Assembly: GCF_030028105.1 (NCBI RefSeq)
Contig: NC_092382.1
Coordinates: 806,001-870,000 of the forward strand
Length of the DNA: 64,000 nucleotides
Direction: 5' to 3'
Origin: Mobula birostris
Lineage: Eukaryota
The notes beneath the pieces were generated by a model. The model was given only the letters and a program-made list of their open reading frames with translations, had not been told where the DNA came from and ran no database searches. Below are positions 49,107 to 60,409 of this stretch, one piece after another (position 1 is the stretch's first letter; every line of letters begins with the position of its first letter). A program made the translations under genes and the position numbers.

Positions 49107-51764
49107 CTGGAGAAAGAGAATGGAATGACATAAACATTATGATTCGCAATCCGGCACCCCCAACTTAATCGCCCTCCACTATCCGTCAAGGGTAAGGTTG
49201 AGTTACTGTTAACCTCAGATTCACAGCTATCGGAATCCAATGATTCACCAATCACGAGCATTAAAGAATTTCGTCTGATATCCATCGTGAACAGTGTATT
49301 TATTCTTCTGAAATGTTGCCTCATCGTCTTGGACTGCATGGTGCAGGATACATATTTCCAGTACCCAGACTGTCAATCATAGAATCATAGAAATCTACAG
49401 CGCATTACAGGCCCCTCGGCCCACAATGTTGTACCAACCATGTGGACTCAGATGGAGATTATCTGCAACATTTGCAAATCCTTTATCTTGTTCAGTGTGA
49501 ATGAATGCTCAGGTCATTGTTTGAATGAAGCAACTTCGTGACAAAGCGTCCAGTCCACTTAATCCAATTCCCGTCACAGTCCCGCCACATCAGAAGCCAA
49601 GAGGGTGAACATTCCTCTATTGCGAGTAGGTGTTTCTTAAGCAAGGAGCACAAGTTGCACACGATACACCAATTTTTGCCTCATAATGTCGAGACGAAAC
49701 TGGAGTAGGAAAACATTACTCTGACAGTGGCAAAAAGTTACTTGCTGAGAATATCAACTGACCATCTCTGAATCTAACTGGTTGCCCTATTTACACGTGA
49801 ACAATGAATAGTGTTCCAGGTGACCTGGGAATTGGCACACGAGGAATTTCCAATATATTATGCAAATCGCTATTTTGGTAGCATTTCGCTTTTAACTTTG
49901 CCCCATACATTACAGTTGTCTCATTTGTGACCAATAAACATCAACCTAATTGTTCACAGGTTGTTAGAGGGAAAAGATGGAATAGACGTTGAAGTCAAAG
50001 ATCTAAATATTTCGAACACTAATTCTGGTGGCATAAGGCAGGAAGTTGCAAATGTTATATTAGTAAATGACACCGCACAAGTGTGAAGCTTTTGAGAAGA
50101 CATCGGTGGCAGAATGATCAGGTTAGAGTAAAGGGCTGCGCTGGAATAAGCAGGCAAGCTCTTTTGCCAATGGCCATTAAGGGCAATATCAGGAACAATA
50201 CGGAGATGAGGCATCTGCCGGATATACGCAACCGGGATCAATCAGTTCCTTGTTCAGTATAGGGATCATGACAGTGCCTGAGTAGGACAAGGGTTGGCCA
50301 AGAAATACTCCTTACTGAAAAGATAACAGAGAAACCGAAACGATTGATTTTAAAAGTGTGGCTGCAGGGAATAGAGACCGTCCGCATAAATGGTGATCTA
50401 TCTGTAGAACCACAGGAAATGGTGGAACTGTTAAATGAACGCATCTCATCTACAATTACACGTGAGACGGACATTGTGAGTTCACTGCAGGGTTCATTGT
50501 CTGTGAGAGCAGATCAACACTGGAAGAGTTGAAGTTCTGGAGATCTTCATGAATATGGTCTCCAAATTTGAGGAAGGACATTCTTACTACTGAGAGAGTG
50601 CAGCATAGGTTCACGAGGTTAATTCCCGGGATGGCGGGACTGTCATATGTTGAAAGATTGGAGTGATTGGGCTTGTGTACGCTGGAATTTAGTAGGATGA
50701 GAAGGGATCTGATTGAAACATATAAGATTGTTAAGGGATTGGACACGCTAGAGGCAGGAAACATGCTCCCGATTGAGGGGAAGTCCAGAACCAGAGGCCA
50801 CAATTTGAGAATAAGGGATAGGCCATTTAGAACGGTGTTGAGGAAAACTTTTTCACCCAGAGAGCTGTGGATCTGTGGAATGCTCTGCCTCAGAAGGCAG
50901 TGGAGGCCAATTCTCTGGATGCTTTCAGGAAAGAGTTAGATAGAGCTCTTAAAGATAGTGGAGTGAAGGGATATGGGGAGAAGGCAGGAACGGGGTAAAG
51001 ATTGTGCATGATAAGCCATGGTCACAGTGAATGGCGGTGCTGGCTCGAAGGGCCGAATGGCCTACTGCTGCGCCTATGGTCTATTGTATATTGTCTATCC
51101 TGATATCCTCGCCTCCTCGATCCTCTGGGGGAACAAAGCAGAGACTGCTGTGCCCTTGGAAGCGATCTTTGTGTCCTCGTTATCAAACAGTGATGAATGG
51201 GAAGGATGGCGGATGGACAATGTTGTGTCGCAATGTAAGACACAGATAAGCCGGGAACTACTGTAGATGAGCTTCACAACAGTGCAGGGTCAGACAATGG
51301 ATGGGATTCAGATGGACAGGATTTACCTGAAGAGACAAGTGGTGTCGCCGGCGGGGGGTCAGTTTGACCGGGTGGGCAATGCAGTGACAGGTGGAATACA
51401 GTGTATGAAGGTGTGGGGTAGCACTTAGGAAAGAAAGATTAATGCGCAGAGAAGTTTCTAATTGCGGAGGTAATTCAGAAAAAAAGAGATTCATATGAAG
51501 TGACGAGTCGCAGCTCTGGATTTACTGAAGGCTAACGTGCAGGGCAATTGCTTAGTAAAGAAGCGAATGCAATGCCGGCAGAGGAGTCGCATTTGATGCC
51601 ACCGATGGCGTGGAGGACCGGTACGAGGGTGAAGTTAAAGAAAACAGTTTGATTGTTAATTCGTTAGTGGGTTCACAGTTTCTTGGTGAATAGACTTGGG
51701 TTGAGAAAGAGATTACCTGAGAAAGAACAGCAGAAGAGCTCGATGGAGCGAATGAGCCGATTGT

Positions 51765-51965
51765 GCTTCTGTATCCTGTGGTTTAATGTTCTGATTCCGA
51801 GTCGTTCGACCGTCTGTATTGACCATCGGGCCTTTGCCCAAAGTTTTAATAAACTGTATATCGACAGCTTCTGCATCCTGTGGGTTAATGCCGTTTCATT
51901 CGACCGTCAGTATTAACCATCGGGCCTTCGACCGAAGCCTCAATAAACTGTCTATCGACAGCTTC
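51765..51965 (-). repeat. Tandem repeat, ~100-bp unit x2 (mirror of 38714-39020)
   Basis: Same unit as the left arm, one copy fewer. Confidence 0.8.
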
Positions 51966-52715
51966 GATCGCTTTGCGTTCATTAACGGTCTTGTTACCTG
52001 CTAAAAGACACCAAGGTAAATGAGGAAGGAAGACTTCCTTCCTCACAACATCATGCAAGCCACCATCAGCTACAGACTTTCTGCAGGTGATATTTGGACG
52101 CTGGAGAGACACTGCCTGTGCAGGGGGACACATCACAAAGTTGATACCAACTGACTGGGCAGGGACACTCACAGCTGAAGTGAGGATCTCTGTACACGCC
52201 AATGTTGTCTGCTCATAGCGTTTCAAAGAACGGGCCGATGTTGGAGGCAATCAGCTAAGTCTCTTTCTGGCGCTGATTGTTCTGTCTGCGTACGGGCCAG
52301 GCTCCATCTGATTTCCGGAGCGCTCAGTGTGGATTCCGCCCGTTCTCCTAGTGACGGCAGTATTTCCGCTAGTTTCCAGTTGCTCCGTTTCCTCTCCGTC
52401 ACCGAGTGCAACGACTTTTAGGCCACTCGACCGGTGAGTATTTACACCGGAGGGTGGGATTCGTTATCGAAAGTGGCGTGGCGGTGACAGCAGCCGGAAT
52501 ATAGCGAAAGACAATAAAACAATAAAAGGCAGGTTTAGTTTAATAATTGATAGAAGGGTTACGTGGTGGGCTGTGGGTGCGGGAGGGGATGTTTCCGAGC
52601 TGCGTCTCTCTCGGGATCTAAACCAATTTTATTCTCGCATGTGCCACGATCTTCGGTGACCGCCTGCTCTATAACGTCAAGACAGAAAGAAAACAGCGAC
52701 CGCCACTGAGAGGCA

Positions 52716-53626
52716 TTAGATATTGCGTTTGTTAATCATTTGAATAATTGACGTGAGAGGATATTTCGCTGCGCTGATGAACTGCTCTCTGAACTTTGTC
52801 TGCGTTACCCCATAAATAAAAGTGTTTGTACAACAACTTAATAACATCAGCATGTAACCGGTGTGTTCAACTATGTATTCCGTAACGTTGTAATTATTCT
52901 GATCCAATCCGGCGATGGTGTAATAAAGGAATTCGGCAACACTCACCGACCACAGGATGATGAAGCTGCCGGAGATGGTGAGAAGTAAGATCACAGACCT
53001 CCTCCTGCTCTCCATCTCCGGGTCACTGCGGTTATCTCCCTTGTTCTGACCCCTCAGGCCCTTACGGACGCGACTTGTCACTAGGATGTGTCTGACTGTC
53101 AGAGCGTTGAACAGTACTATTAACACGAACGGGAGTAATGGCATTAAAACGGTAGAAAACATTCTATATCCCACCCACCCGGGATCCTCAAAGTAAGCGG
53201 GCTTTCGAATGCAGTCCCAGGGTATGTTGTTAATCACGTTAACAGGACGAAATATAAAGAAGATGGGCATATTTTTAAAACAGAGCAGAACGCCGATTGT
53301 TATCAGAACCACAGCCGCAGTTTTCCCGGTGCAATACTTTGCTTTCAGCTTCTGGCAACAGATGGCGACAAACCGATCAAACGTGAAAGTGACGGTGAAC
53401 CAGACAGAACAGTCTGTGGCAGCCAGACCTACGGCGTAGATCACACTGCATACTGGGGTGATGTCCAGGAAAGTCCCGGGGAAGTAATAATAACTGACCC
53501 GCCACAATACGACCTGAAAGATGATGGTTAGTAGATCGGCCGTTGCCATGGCCACCAGGTAGCGAGTGGTGCAGGTGGAGAGGCCGCACTTTCCCCGGGA
53601 CAGGATCACAGTCGCCACTAAATTCA
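52716..53626 (-). CDS. GPR139/GPR142-like GPCR, gene D, exon 2 (325 aa when spliced to 54935-55001)
   Basis: Acceptor ccccag|TG at 53627/53626, intact 911-nt exon. Confidence 0.92.
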
Positions 53627-54700
53627 CTGGGGGAACGGCAAAAAAGAATGAGTGAATTGCTGTCTTGCCCCTCCATGGGCTGGATTAGCTGAAAATTGAC
53701 AACAATAAAACATTGCGAACAACTCATTTCTGGAGTTTTAAAAGTTGTAAAACGGTACGGTGCTCGGTACTGGAATAGGAACACTGTTTTGGAAGTAGGC
53801 ATTGCCAACTGATCACGGAGGGCGCTTTGTAGAAATCAATATCATTCTCCCATCATCGACTGATTTGTAAAGCCTGGATACCTCGTCCGCTTTCTCAGCA
53901 ATGGTGATCGCCACGTTCTCGTCAGCTAAACTCTGCCACTCTCCGCGTACCGAGAAGCTCGGTCCCTCCACTTCTTTCCATTGACAAATTTCAATGTAAA
54001 TTTAGTTTTCTATTTCGACTGCCTTCGCTTCCCCCTCGGTTTCAGTTTGCACACAGGAGCCTCGGCTGGCATGGTTCTTTTAAATTCTGCAAGTAATATT
54101 TATCGGGGCTCCTATACCCATTCCTTTCTGATCGGTGACAATGTGTCCGATCAGAAAGTTCCAATCTTCTCTGACCGGATGAACGTTTCAGATATTTTGC
54201 TCGTTAGTGCTTAAAACAACCAATTCCTAAAGCGCAGTTACATCGAAACATCTGCCTGTTTTAGATGTCGCTCCAAATCACTGCAGTGTTTCTCTAAATG
54301 ATTCGATGCTTATTGTTCCAGAGCCGCCTATGGCCTTTACCTTACCCTGTCTGACCTCTAACGGAAACCGCTGTATTGGCTCAAAACTCCCGCATCACTT
54401 CACGGAACAGGACATGGAAACAAACCCTGGTGCGCTAAAGCGCGCACAGACCCTGACTTAAAGTTGGAAACTCCGGATGGTTTGGAATCTAAGTCACGTG
54501 ATCTCTACCTCTCTCCCCTGAATCTCACCGGCGATCCGCTTCCCGCGTTTCTTTCACATTTGCAGCAATTTCTTAAAGCACAGCGTAATGCCTTTAGATT
54601 TGAATTTAAAGCAAGTTACACTATTAATATGGAATAATACCAAGTAGCCCATAAAGCTACCGTGCGATTATAAAGGATTACATTAACAGTGGCATCACAA

Positions 54701-54851
54701 GGCATCCGTTAGTCTTGCGAGACCATGGATCTGCGACTGGAAAATCTTCACTCTCCAGGTTGCAGACCTGGGCAAGGTTGTATGGAAGACCAGCAGCTGC
54801 CCATGCTGCAAGTCTCCCCTCTCCACGACACCAGTGTTGTCCAAGGGAAGC
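54701..54851 (-). mobile_element. Short retroposon (RTE-related SINE-like) in the gene D intron
   Basis: 10-bp TSD GGCATCACAA at 54691-54700 and 54852-54861. Empty site in the gene C intron (~36045). Family and orientation are tentative. Confidence 0.75.
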
Positions 54852-54934
54852 GGCATCACAACGCTGTCAGTAACTGAACGAGTCCAAACACTGTATACAC
54901 AGAACAGCAAAAGATAGTTCTCCTAAGTTCTTAC

Positions 54935-55001
54935 CAGGAACACCAATAACGGCAATGATCATGTGCCATATCTTTCTCACGCGGTAGAATGTGTCAAGCA
55001 T
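54935..55001 (-). CDS. Gene D exon 1 (MLDTFYRVRKIWHMIIAVIGVP), not in the ORF track
   Basis: ATG at 55001, donor G|GTAAGA at 54935/54934. Confidence 0.9.
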
Positions 55002-55235
55002 GCTGTGTGAGATTCAGTCCGTCTCCCAGCTGCCCGCGATCTCGCTGAAGAAACTCTGAGCTGATGAATCTCCACGCTCATTCATTTATACTCGCTCCGG
55101 CACACTGAATATTCAATACTACACATAGGGAGACGTGTCTTCCAACAGCTGGGTAAAAATAAACATGATGTAATTCAAGTAAAATCCCAATTGTGATGAG
55201 GTACGGATAGCTTGAAACAAAATTGCAAAATCTAA
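55002..55235 (-). promoter_or_regulatory. Conserved proximal promoter of gene D with TATA box
   Basis: TATAAAT at 55084-55090 (minus), TGAATATTCA and CAGCTG. Confidence 0.6.
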
Positions 55236-55480
55236 CTGATGAAATAATTCGATCCGAGAAGACAGTAAATATGGTTGTGAAACACTCTCAGGCTAAACTC
55301 TCGGTTTCATAATTGCTGTTGTGGGTGTAGTTAACCCATTCCTCTCCAGCTCTGAGGAACGTCTCGGCCCGAAAGGTCGACTGTTTGTTTGCTGATTTCC
55401 ATAGATGCTACCTGATATGCTGAGCTCCTCAATCATATTGTACGTGCATCAAATTAATACAACCCCTGACATGGTAAATC

Positions 55481-55938
55481 TTCCTCTTCTTCTTGCGCCC
55501 TTAACTCCTGGTGGAGTCGTCGGGGCGCCGTCATGACAAGCTTTGCACCAGCTTTTCGGTGTGCTCATCATGAGGCGTGTCTTGCGCATCCGAAACCTGG
55601 CGGAGCCCATCCCTCTCCAGGTTTAACCACAGCCGATTTCCCCCAGCTAGGTGGCTCGCCTTGGTCGTGAGCACTTGGCCGTTATAGTTCATCTGTGAAC
55701 CTCTCCGTCCCGGCCGGGAACTTTATCATGGAAGCCCAGTGGTGCCTGTTAACACCACCCCTCACGTGGTTTAGCCCGCCAGCTGAAGCGGTTTACCGGG
55801 GTATGGCGCTTGGAGCCAACACGTGAGAGATTTAGGAGATGGATGAGGACCAGTGATACCCGTCCACCCTGTCTGGTAGGGAGCAGCATGCCAGATATCA
55901 AAGGTACCACCTCTGTCCAGAGCCGCCTGTACCCCTAT
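55481..55938 (-). mobile_element. Non-autonomous ~460-bp retroposon (RTE/Vingi-like) with (GAA)n tail
   Basis: 10-bp TSD ATGGTAAATC at 55471-80 and 55939-48, 3' tail AAGAAGAAGAGGAAG on the minus strand, no long ORF. Confidence 0.8.
55761..55935 (-). ncRNA. HDV-like (double-pseudoknot) self-cleaving ribozyme motif
   Basis: P1 GGGGTAC (55935-29)/ATACCCC; P2 CTCACGTGTT/ACCACGTGAG; P3 GGC/GCC with L3 TCCAAGC; GG for P1.1; P4 CCGC/GCGG; J4/2 GCTAA. Confidence 0.75.
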
Positions 55939-56125
55939 ATGGTAAATCAGCTCCCATGAAATTTCACATCCTAATAACGCATAGTAATTCAATGCCCATC
56001 CACATGGCTCCCGAAATGATGCAAATGCTTAAACCGACAGAGAATCTACATTGATTACAGTTGTACCAACAGTGACAATTGTTTTGCGGCTGTACTGAAT
56101 CGGTAGCGTTGTTGACCGCGAGGTA

Positions 56126-58050
56126 CAGCGGTGATAGCAAGTGTGTGAAACCTGTAGAATTTTCTCTATTGCAGCACAAATATGACCTAAAATGTGTACA
56201 GACTTTCATGTACGTTCTAAAACTAGACTAAGCGAACACAATTAAATAAATAACACAAAAACATTGTACTTGTTAATTTATTTACCGTGACTAATGATCC
56301 AATTTTACATGTATTTGCTGGAAAGGTATGTGAACCTCTGGGTGAACGCGTCCTACAAAAGCTATTTGAAATCAAGTGTTCCAATCAATGAGATAGGACT
56401 GGAGGTGTCGGTTGTGGAAATTGCCTGCCCTATTAAAAACGAAACACAAAATCAGGTTACTGATAGAGCCCGCTCTTCTCAAAGAGGATCTGTTTATCGA
56501 CATCATGCTTCGATCGAAACGAATTTCAGAGAACCTTAGAAGAAGAATTGTAGAGATACATGACGCTGGAAATGGCTACAGAAGTATTTCTAATTACCTG
56601 AGTGTTCAGAAGTCCACAAATAGAGAAACTGTCAACAAGCAGAGGAAAGTCGGTGCTGTTGCTACTGTACCTGCGGGTGTGCATTCTGCAAAGGTCACGC
56701 CAAGCGAACAGCGTGCAGTGCTGAAGGAGGTGAGAAAAAACACAAGGGTAACAGCAAAAGATCTGCAGAAACCTACAACTTGCGACTCTGTCCATGTGAC
56801 TACTACAAGAAAAACGCTGAATATGAATGATGCTTATTGAAAGCACCACGGGGGAAACCACTGCTCTCCAAACAAAAAAACTAATAACATTGCTGCACGT
56901 CTCAAGTTTGCAAAAGGCGACCTCGATGTTCTACAATGCCTCCGGGACAATCTTCGGTGGATAGATGAGAAAAAAAAGAGGTGAACATTTTGGTGACGGA
57001 GGATGAGAGGTGACCTGACAGAGGTGTATAAGATGATGAGAGGCATTGATCGTGTGGATAGTCAGAGAGTTTTCCTCGGGCTGAAATGGCTAACACGAAG
57101 GGGCATAGCTTCAGGGTGCCTGGACACAGGATAGGGTTATCACACAGAGAGCGGTGAGTGCGCGGAATGCACTGCCTGCGACGGTGCTGGAGGCGATACA
57201 ATGGGGCCTTTTAAGGGACTGTTAGATAGGCACAAGTTGCTTAGAAAAAGTGCTATGCAGTTGGGTAATTCTAAGCAGGTTACATGGTCGGCACAATACT
57301 GTGGGCCTATGGGCCTGGAATCTGCTGTAGATTTCTATGTAAATGCTCATTGCATGTCTGGAGGGAAAAGGGCCCTGCACACCAACGCCAATACACCGTC
57401 CCAGGTTTGGTGCCGCAGGGCCTAGACAGCCTGCAACCACAGAGGGAAAAACGAATTCAAAATTGTACCAAGACATTTTGCAGAGGGACTCTAGTGTCGT
57501 AATCCATCACCTGAGGCTTAATAGAAGTTGAACAATGTAACAAGCATTGATCCGAAAGATATGAGTAATTCAACAACAGCATGGTATACAAAGAAGAAAA
57601 TTCTTGTCCTGTAATGGCCGAGTCAAAGTTCTGAACTTAATCCGTAGAAATGTTGTGGATGGACGTGAAGTAAGTAGTCATGCAAGGAGGCCTAGCAACG
57701 CCCCAGAGTTGAAGCGGCTTTGTCGGGAGGAATGACCTAAAATTCCTCCAGGTCAATGTGCAGGACTGTTCAATTGCTACCGGAAACGTTTGTTTAAAGG
57801 TATTGCTGTACAAGGTGGTCACACCTGTATTGAAATCAAAGGTTCACATACTTTTTTTTCCCAACAAATATATGTAACGTTAGATAATATTTTCCTTAAA
57901 TAAATGAACAAGTATAATATTTTATGTTTTTATTTAATTGGGTTCTCTTTATCGAGTTTTAGGACCTATGTGAAGATCGGATCAAATTTTCGGTCATATT
58001 TATGTAGAAAGAGATCAAATTGAACAGGGTTCACAAACTTTCCAGCACCG
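56126..58050 (+). mobile_element. Decayed near-full-length Tc1 transposon (IR/DR-type long TIRs)
   Basis: TA TSDs at 56124-5 and 58051-2. ~210-bp TIRs with an internal repeat (GTGAACC). Transposase N-terminus MLRSKRISENLRRRIVEIHDAGNGYRSIS and WPSQSSELNP near 57615. Empty site upstream of gene B (~22210). Confidence 0.9.
56993..57340 (+). mobile_element. CR1 3' fragment nested in the Tc1 transposase
   Basis: RRMRGDLTEVYKMMRGIDRVDSQ plus CR1 3' UTR. Confidence 0.8.
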
Positions 58051-58376
58051 TAGGTAGTCATATGTACCTATTTGATATTCTGAATTGCACTTTTTCTGCA
58101 AAGATAACACGACATTGTATTTTCAAGGTTAAATCAGTGAAACTGGCCCCATCCGGAACTGGATCGCTGTTGTTCCCGACGATTACCCACATCTCGTCAT
58201 ATCTCCACAGCGGGGAAGGCAGGTCTGAGACAGTGTGACCCGTGCTTGGTGATAGATAAGCAGCTGCTCACCGCCTCTGGCGCTCATGGCCATTGGCGGA
58301 AACCCGAACCCGTGTCCATTCCCGGAGTATGTGTTCAATAATTCCCAGTGTCTGTTCTCTGTCTCTCTCCCTGCAG

Positions 58377-59280
58377 TGAACTTAGTGGCGATTGTGATCC
58401 TGTCCCGGGGAAAGTGTGGCCTCTCTACCTGTACCACCCGCTACCTGGTGGCCACGGCAGCGGCGGATCTACTGACCGTTGTCACCGAGGTCTTTGTGCG
58501 TCAAGTCATAAATTATTACTTTCCGTGGAATTTTTTGAACACTACCCCGATGTGCAGAGTTGTCGAGGTACTGAGGTTCACAGCCACATACTGTTCTGTC
58601 TGGTTCACCGTCATGTTCACTGTTGATCGCTTTGTCGCTATTTGCTGTCAGAAACTAAAAACAAAATATTGCACCGGGAAAACTGCGGCTGTGGTTCTAA
58701 CAACAACCGCCGTGCTGTCCTTTCTGAAAAAATGTTCCCCGTTACTTCCTCTGGGAACCCAGAGAGATCATCGAGAATGTAACATGGTTCTGCAAGCTCA
58801 TGGAATATACTTTCACTGACCCCGGATGGGTAGTATACGATTAGCTTGATATAGTTTTGAATCCGTTCATTCGTTGTGATCCTGTTACTCAACGCTCTGA
58901 CATTCAGGCACATTTTAGTGGCCAGTCGGGTCCGTAAGGGACTGAGAGGTCAGGGCAAAGGCGAGAATCGCAGTGACCCGGAGATGGAGAGCAGGAGGAG
59001 GTCTGTGATCTTACTCCTCGCCATCTCCGGAAGCTTCATCACCCTGTGGCTGACACTAGTTGTAAATTTCATGTATTATGAGATCAAAGGAATTGGATTC
59101 GATTTCAATGATTCTGAGGTGATCTTTCACAACGCCAGGATTTTGCTGAAGAATTTCAGCTGCTGCACGAGCACATTTATTTACGCTGTGACTCAGTCGA
59201 AATTCAGGGAGCAGGTGATCAGCGCGGTGAAATATTCGTTCAACTGGGTGCGACAGGTCATTAATAAAGCCGCGTCCTGA
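58377..59280 (+). pseudogene. GPR139-like GPCR pseudogene (exon 2 only, second subfamily)
   Basis: Acceptor ctgcag|TG, +1 A in the run at 58727-32, TGG>TAG at 58842-44 and a small deletion near 58870. No exon 1 found upstream. Confidence 0.88.
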
Positions 59281-59518
59281 GCACAACCCAGATTCACCGC
59301 CCGATCCCAGGTGTTATTCCCGGGCGAACTGTCCCATCGACCGGCAGCTCCGGGAAATTAGTAACAACAGTAATGTGGACCGTAAAAATAGGAAATGAGG
59401 GGAAATAGAGGTAGGGAGACAGGGACGCGAGTGTGAGGGAGAGACGTGAGAGAGTGGCTGAATGAGGTGATGAAACGAGAGCGGTGCACGCGTGGGGTTG
59501 GGAGAACAGGAGAGATAT

Positions 59519-59562
59519 TGTGTTTGTGTGTGTGTGTATATATGTGCGCGCCTGTCTGTCTG

Positions 59563-59596
<34 letters not shown>
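59519..59596 (+). repeat. (TG)n microsatellite
   Basis: Interrupted TG run. Confidence 0.9.
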
Positions 59597-60409
59597 AAAA
59601 AGAGCGGACTGTGGTTAGACCGGGAGGAATGTAGAAAAGATATTTAAGGATGTTGCTTGGACATTGGGGCTCTTTTATGGGGAGAGTTTGCCAGGATGGG
59701 TATTTATCTCTTGGATCTTCGAAGAGTGAGAGGCAACCAAATGGAAACGATTAAAGTTGCCATCGGTTCTGGGAAGCTGGACAATGAGAGTTCAGGTTCC
59801 CGCTGATATAGCTCCACTGGAGTGTCCCATCCTGTTGGTAAGTTCTACCCACAGTCACTGTGTGGCTGGAGGTGAGGGAGGGGAGGCAATTCACATGCAT
59901 TTTCTTAGTTATGCTGTCAGTACTGTGGGCTGCAGGCGCGGGTTCAAATTCTGGAATCAGAGCTCATTTACTGCGAGCTCGTAAGATTTGCGAACAAAAC
60001 ATGCCCCGTTCGTGTGCCTTTACTTCCATTATGAGGAAACCTAAAAATAATCCCCTCAGACTCTGGTCATTACGTCACGCACCACCTCTCATTGCGAGCA
60101 CAACAACTCAATGACGGTGTTTGTGAATTACGTCACACCGCTTCCATTATAGGCCAGTTGTGCCATTTGCCACCATTAACGTCACCTACAATTGAATCTG
60201 AGGGTAGGGTCGGGGAGGATAATCGGTGCTGCATCGCCCTCGGTGTTGGGATCATTGCACAGTCACTGTACCGTCTCCTTTTGATTCGAGTCCTCCGGTC
60301 CCAGCAAACAAATTCGTGAGTCATTTCTGCGCCTTTCTAGATTAAACACGTCCTCCCTGAGGCGGGCGACCAGAAATGCGCACAGTTACTCCGCTGTGGT
60401 CTCGCCTGC

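Larger units (their letters stand above)
49920..58125 (-). repeat. Right arm of inverted segmental duplication (partner ~34815-40863)
   Basis: See left arm. Retains ~2 kb (55455-57470) missing from the left arm. Confidence 0.88.

Noticed and set aside
54701-54851. Possible second HDV-like ribozyme in the intronic SINE
   Set aside because: P1, P2 and P3 could not be assembled; the copy appears 5'-truncated.
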